A DNA stretch of 64,000 nucleotides from Fistulifera solaris (lineage: Eukaryota): positions 1,054,001 through 1,118,000 of the forward strand of contig AP026127.1 in assembly GCA_030295235.1 (NCBI GenBank). The letters are read 5' to 3'. The position numbers and the translations under genes were made by a program. Below are positions 61,392 to 64,000 of this stretch, piece after piece; position 1 is the first letter of the stretch, and each line of letters opens with the position of its first letter. The notes under the pieces were generated by a model. The model had not been told where the DNA came from. It ran no database searches and was given only the letters and a program-made list of their open reading frames with translations.

Positions 61392-64000
61392 ATGATCAGT
61401 AACCCGTCACCCGAAGGCCGAGGAGGAGGCAGAGCTGGGGGACGAAAAGGAAGAGGTCGAGGCGGACGACCTGCGGGGCGCGAAGGAGGACGCAGCAATA
61501 GCGGCGGCGATCCTGATGCTGCCAACGCCAAGGGTCGAGGAGGTCGCACCTCATCCAAACGAGGACGTGGACGCAACGCGGAGAAGAATTCAGATGGAAG
61601 AGCGGGCGGAAGAGTGGGTGGCCGAAGCGGAAACAAGCCCCCTCAACCATCTGTCGATCTAGTCGAGAAACAAAAGCAAGAAGAGGAAGAGAAACAACGC
61701 AGAGAAGCTGAAGCAGAAAGAAAACGGCTTGAGAAATTACAGCGAGAAGCCTTGGAAAAGAGAAAGCAAGAAATTGCGGCGCTAGAAGAAAGAATGCGCA
61801 ACGCCATAGACACTGTGAAGCAGTTCACTGATGTGAAAGTACTGCGACAAGCTAGTCGAAAAGCCATGGCAAATCTGGCGGAAGCTCGAAAGGAATTCGA
61901 GTCGAACAAAAAGAAACTTAAGACGGATTTGAAGAAATGCACTGCCTTTGTCAAGAAAATTAGAAGCGGATCGGCGTGGTCGAATTCGAACATTGACACA
62001 AATGACGTGGTAAAGGATGTATCAAATCTGAACTTATCACGATACGTCGACGAGATCGTCACTGCAATTGTCGAAAGCAAGCCCAAGATAGCTGATCTTC
62101 CTGTTGTTGTGGCGCTCTGCCAGGCAATGGATCTAAGATATGAGGACTTTCTATCAAATCTACTACGCGCTATTTGGAGTGTGATCAATACCACCAATAA
62201 AAATGATCCGGAGACTTCAAAATTGCGCAGGGTATATTTTCGCCTCGTGACACAGCTTCACTTATCTGGTCTTTCGGTCGATGTCAAACCTATTGTTAAG
62301 TGTATAGCCGAGGCTGTAGGCGCAAAGGACGACATTTACACCGTACAGGATGCGAATATCCTCGTTGCATTTGCAAAAGCTGCGAGTCCGGATATTTTCG
62401 AAGTTATTCCTAAATCTGTTCAAGATTCTTTGGACTACATAAGGGTGCAACTTGAAAGTAGATCTGTATCGGTAACAGGGGAATCAGCCCAAGACGCACC
62501 TGAAAAGATGACGGAACACACTCTTGAAAACGATGTCGCTAATTTACCCCCGTTGGTTGTTTCCGCTAAATTGTTGGAAGAAGCTTTTGAACGAAAGGCA
62601 TTGCTAGACAGTATGGATGGCGAAACGGGTTTATGGGATCCTGACGATGTTGGAGGGCACAAAATTCTTGTGACTCACTGTAAAGGAGCCTATAAGGTAC
62701 TTTCAAACTCGTTGGTACAGACACATGTCAAGCTTCAGAAATTGGTGAAACGTTGTGATCAAGATCGGCTACTTGCCGGGTCTCTCACAGAAGCACGTGA
62801 AAAGGGCTTAGAAGATGCCCGCAAGCTGAAAGACTCATTGCAAAAAAACAGTGGAAGCTCTGGCGGATGTGATGGCTCTGGCTGTCCCGAACTTACTTGA
62901 AGAAGAAGAATCTGACTTTGAGCTCTCGAAATCGGCAGGAGTTGAGGTGTGGACCAAAGGTGCTGACGAAGAAGCAGGCGACTTTGGTCCCTTTGATGAC
63001 GAGGAGACGAGGGCCTTTTATTGTGACATTCCCGACTTGCTGGCAACCATTCCGCCGGCTTTACTTGGAATGTCAGAAGATGACATTGAAAGCAAGACTG
63101 CCGAGAACGCAGTCAAATATGGTTCCGGATCTACCAGTGTTGTCTCTAACGAGGATATGACGGTGGAAATCACATCAGTGTCCGAAGAGCAACTTGACGC
63201 CGAAGAGGCCGAAGCCGAAAAAAGACAAAAATGGCGATGATAGCAATCTTGAAGGTATGTACGCGAATATGGATGAATTTGATTAGCGGCTGCCTCTGTA
63301 TAGTCATCTCACTAAACTCTTTGTAAACAGACGAAGAAAACGAAGATGCTCCGCACTACCGCCTCACAGTGCTGTTAGATCAGGAGCTACCAGAGTGCAA
63401 TCGACGCGAACAGGTTGATGACCTCAGCGAACGATTTTGCACTAATCACGGTTCATCGAAGAATTCGAGAAAACGTCTCACAAAGGCTCTCTTTCTTGTT
63501 CCTCGCTCAAGACTCGACTTACTCCCCTTCTATGCTCGATTCACAGCTACGGTAGATCGAGGTGTGGGGTGAAATTGGCCCGGCCTTGGTTACCGAGTTG
63601 GAGCAACAATTTCATGGCCAAACCAAGTTCAAGAAGAACTTGAACATTGAATCTCGAATGAGGACAGCCAGGTACATTGGGGAACTGACCAAATTTAGAG
63701 TGGCTCCGCCGATCGTTTTCCTCCGATGCATGAAACGATGTTTGGATGACTTCACTGGGAGCAATGTCGACATCGCTTGTACTCTCATGGAAAGTAGTGG
63801 CAGATTCTTATATCGCTTACCACATACTTCGACTCATCTTTCAAGCATAATGGAGATTATGACGAGACTTACTAAAGCGAAGGTACGGTTGCTTCGTTCT
63901 TCTTGTTGCTGACCAACACTGGATACCTCATTTTTTGAGCTGAGCAGAATCTTGATGAACGCTTGCAAGGTTTGGTCAATGCTGCTTTATACACCGTGAA
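61392..64000 (+). CDS. UPF2: Nonsense-mediated decay factor UPF2 (5' part; runs off the window)
   Basis: LKTDLKKCTAFVKKIR, LNLSRYVDEI, FDDEETRAFYCDIPDL, RLDLLPFYARF, RYIGELTKF; introns 63255-63330 and 63883-63947; extra bases near 62845, 63220 and 63561. Confidence 0.95.

Overview
Gene-dense eukaryotic nuclear DNA, most likely from a diatom (inferred from short 64-85 bp GT-AG introns, signal-peptide-plus-Phe plastid presequences and diatom-style ankyrin and low-complexity proteins). About 24 protein genes are supportable, including SYF1/XAB2, a USP deubiquitinase, a tRNA-dihydrouridine synthase, BPNT/IMPase, NIPBL/Scc2, BRF1, UPF2, GT47 and GT8 glycosyltransferases, two LEA-like proteins and a two-domain retropepsin-like protease that the ORF track missed. 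Roughly 20 single-base frameshifts, mostly in short homopolymers and even in essential genes, point to an unpolished assembly rather than pseudogenes. The strongest accessory signals are at 38.8-43.9 kb and 10.4-15.9 kb. The first region holds a multi-hairpin non-coding segment, a long catalytically altered mariner-type transposase ORF, and a palindrome-rich 215-bp satellite with dimeric higher-order structure. The last satellite unit carries an apparent TA-CGGAG-TA transposon excision footprint, and that 9-mer occurs six times in intergenic DNA. The second region holds a TA-flanked element with 11-bp inverted ends and 207-bp palindromic repeats, a 201-bp duplication, and a mosaic tandem pair of unknown membrane/acidic-repeat genes. 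No rRNA, tRNA or CRISPR array was recognised. All family assignments are from motif recognition by eye, not database searches.
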